Part shown: piece by piece, positions 28,131 through 29,547 of the stretch
Layout of the letters: each line of letters opens with the position of its first letter
Numbering within the stretch: position 1 is the stretch's first letter
Assembly: GCA_049699855.1 (NCBI GenBank)
Contig: JBNAWM010000002.1
Span: forward strand, 30,458-60,004
DNA: 29,547 nucleotides
Source of the DNA: Candidatus Cryosericum sp.
GTDB lineage: Bacteria; Caldisericota; Caldisericia; Cryosericales; Cryosericaceae
Direction of reading: 5' to 3'
Notes under the pieces: generated by a model
Seen by the model: the letters and a program-made list of their open reading frames with translations, nothing else
Told to the model about the DNA's origin: nothing
Databases searched by the model: none
Translations under genes and position numbers: made by a program

Positions 28131-29063
28131 ATGCTCAAGTTCATACTGCAGCGTGTGCTCTCAATGATTCTTGTGGTCCTGATCGTGGCGACAGCCACCT
28201 TCTTTATGATGCGCTTGCTTCCCTCGGGACCATTCTCCCGCGAGAAGAAGCTTCCGGCCCAGATCATCCAGAACCTTGAGGCTCGCTATCATCTGAACGA
28301 TCCGCTCTGGAAGCAGTACGTCGACTACATTGGCAACCTGGCACGGGGAGACCTGGGACCCAGCTTCAAATATACCAATCGGACGGTGAACAACATCATC
28401 GATGATGGCTTTCCTGTATCGGCCACGCTGGGAGCTGTAGCGGTGCTTCTGTCTGTCGCTATCGGCATTCCACTGGGCATCTGGGGGGCTCTCAGACAGA
28501 ATGGCTGGCAGGACAACTTCGTCATGTTCATTGCTCTGCTTGGCGTGTCCGTTCCCAACTTCATCATGGCCGTCCTGCTGATGCTGGTTTTTGGCTTGTG
28601 GTTGCATGTCCTGCCCGTTGCTGGCTGGGGTTCGGTGAGTCAGATCATTCTTCCAGCCTTTACGCTTGCGGGCTACCCCATCGCCTTCATCGCGCGTCTG
28701 GTGCGATCCTCCATGATTGAGGTCTTGCGTCAGGAGTACATTACGACCGCTCGTGCAAAGGGCATCTCGGAACGGCTCGTGATTTTCCGGCACGCTCTGC
28801 GCAACATTCTTATTCCGGTCGTAACGGTTCTAGGTCCGCTTATTGCAGCAGTATTCACTGGCAGTTTCGTTGTGGAGAAAATCTTCGCCATTCCCGGTCT
28901 GGGACGGTACTATGTAACCAGTATCAATGACCGTGACTACACGACCATTCTGGGTGTAACGATCTTCTACAGCGCCCTGCTGGTATTCATGAACTTCCTG
29001 GTGGACCTGACGTATGCCTGGTTGGATCCTCGCATCCGCTACGTTGAAAGGAAGGTGTCCTGA
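28131..29063 (+). CDS. oppB: Oligopeptide ABC permease (310 aa)
   Basis: GDLGPSF, EYITTARAKG, RHALRN, VEKIFAIPGLG, LDPRI. GGAGG before the ATG at 28131. Confidence 0.96.
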   Translation: MLKFILQRVLSMILVVLIVATATFFMMRLLPSGPFSREKKLPAQIIQNLEARYHLNDPLWKQYVDYIGNLARGDLGPSFKYTNRTVNNIIDDGFPVSATLGAVAVLLSVAIGIPLGIWGALRQNGWQDNFVMFIALLGVSVPNFIMAVLLMLVFGLWLHVLPVAGWGSVSQIILPAFTLAGYPIAFIARLVRSSMIEVLRQEYITTARAKGISERLVIFRHALRNILIPVVTVLGPLIAAVFTGSFVVEKIFAIPGLGRYYVTSINDRDYTTILGVTIFYSALLVFMNFLVDLTYAWLDPRIRYVERKVS

Positions 29064-29547
29064 TGGCCACGCAGAGCAGCTGGGAGTTCAAGCAGGGAAC
29101 CATCCCTGGTGAAGGGGCGTTTGCACCGGCGCCAAAGGATTCGGGCGAGCTCCAGCAGATCGCTGGTCCCCCGACGACCTACTGGAACGACGCCATTCGT
29201 CGTCTTCGTCGCAACAAACTGGCCGTCATTGGGTTCTGGATCATTATTGCTTTGTTTCTCATCGCTATCTTTGGTCCCATGTTGTCACCCTACACCTATG
29301 CACAACAGGACCTGACAAATACCTACCAGTCCCCAAGCCTGCGCCATCCGTTTGGCACCGATCAACTGGGACGCGATCAGATGACGCGCGTCCTGTATGG
29401 ATCACGCATTTCGCTCTCGGTGGGCGTCGTGTGCGCGGCACTCAATTTTCTGATCGGTGTGACCTACGGAGGTATTGCCGCGTATTTTGGCGGCAGGATC
29501 GACGACATCATGATGCGCATCGTCGACATCCTGTACGGCATACCGAC
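29063..29547 (+). CDS. oppC: Oligopeptide ABC permease, 5' part (runs off the right edge; absent from the ORF track)
   Basis: Manual translation from the TGATG overlap: MATQSSWEFKQG...YWNDAIRRLRRNKLAVIG...HPFGTDQLGRDQMTRVLYGSRISL. Confidence 0.95.
   Translation, partial: MATQSSWEFKQGTIPGEGAFAPAPKDSGELQQIAGPPTTYWNDAIRRLRRNKLAVIGFWIIIALFLIAIFGPMLSPYTYAQQDLTNTYQSPSLRHPFGTDQLGRDQMTRVLYGSRISLSVGVVCAALNFLIGVTYGGIAAYFGGRIDDIMMRIVDILYGIP

Overview
A gene-dense chromosomal window from a moderately GC-rich bacterium (mid-50s % GC by eye) with strong AGGAGG/GGAGG ribosome-binding sites, sigma70/SigA-type promoters and a CIRCE operator. I see no mobile element, CRISPR array, tRNA or rRNA. From left to right: the 5' part of pyruvate kinase; an Hsp20 chaperone under a near-perfect CIRCE (HrcA) box; a two-TM membrane protein with a GIDE/BAM-like soluble domain; an ~8.6-kb transport block (PII-like protein coupled to a CPA2-type cation:proton antiporter, a NitT/TauT-type ABC permease plus ATPase with no adjacent binding protein, and a divergent five-gene Trk K+ operon); a divergent enzyme cluster (HAD phosphatase and YtcJ-like amidohydrolase versus GNAT, CBS/DRTGG pyrophosphatase and FGGY kinase); cvpA-like, guaB, guaA; Yip1-like protein coupled to pcrA; nfeD and SPFH; and oppA, oppB, oppC (truncated). 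The best candidate for an undescribed system is the Trk operon. It carries two extra tightly coupled genes: a 45-aa single-TM microprotein between trkA and trkH, and a signal-peptide/OB-like/C-terminal-anchor protein with a His/Cys/Asp cluster. Other candidates are the PII-like/antiporter pair, the binding-protein-less ABC transporter, and eroded nucleotide-sensing domains in both IMPDH and the pyrophosphatase. All family calls come from motif recognition by eye; no searches were run.
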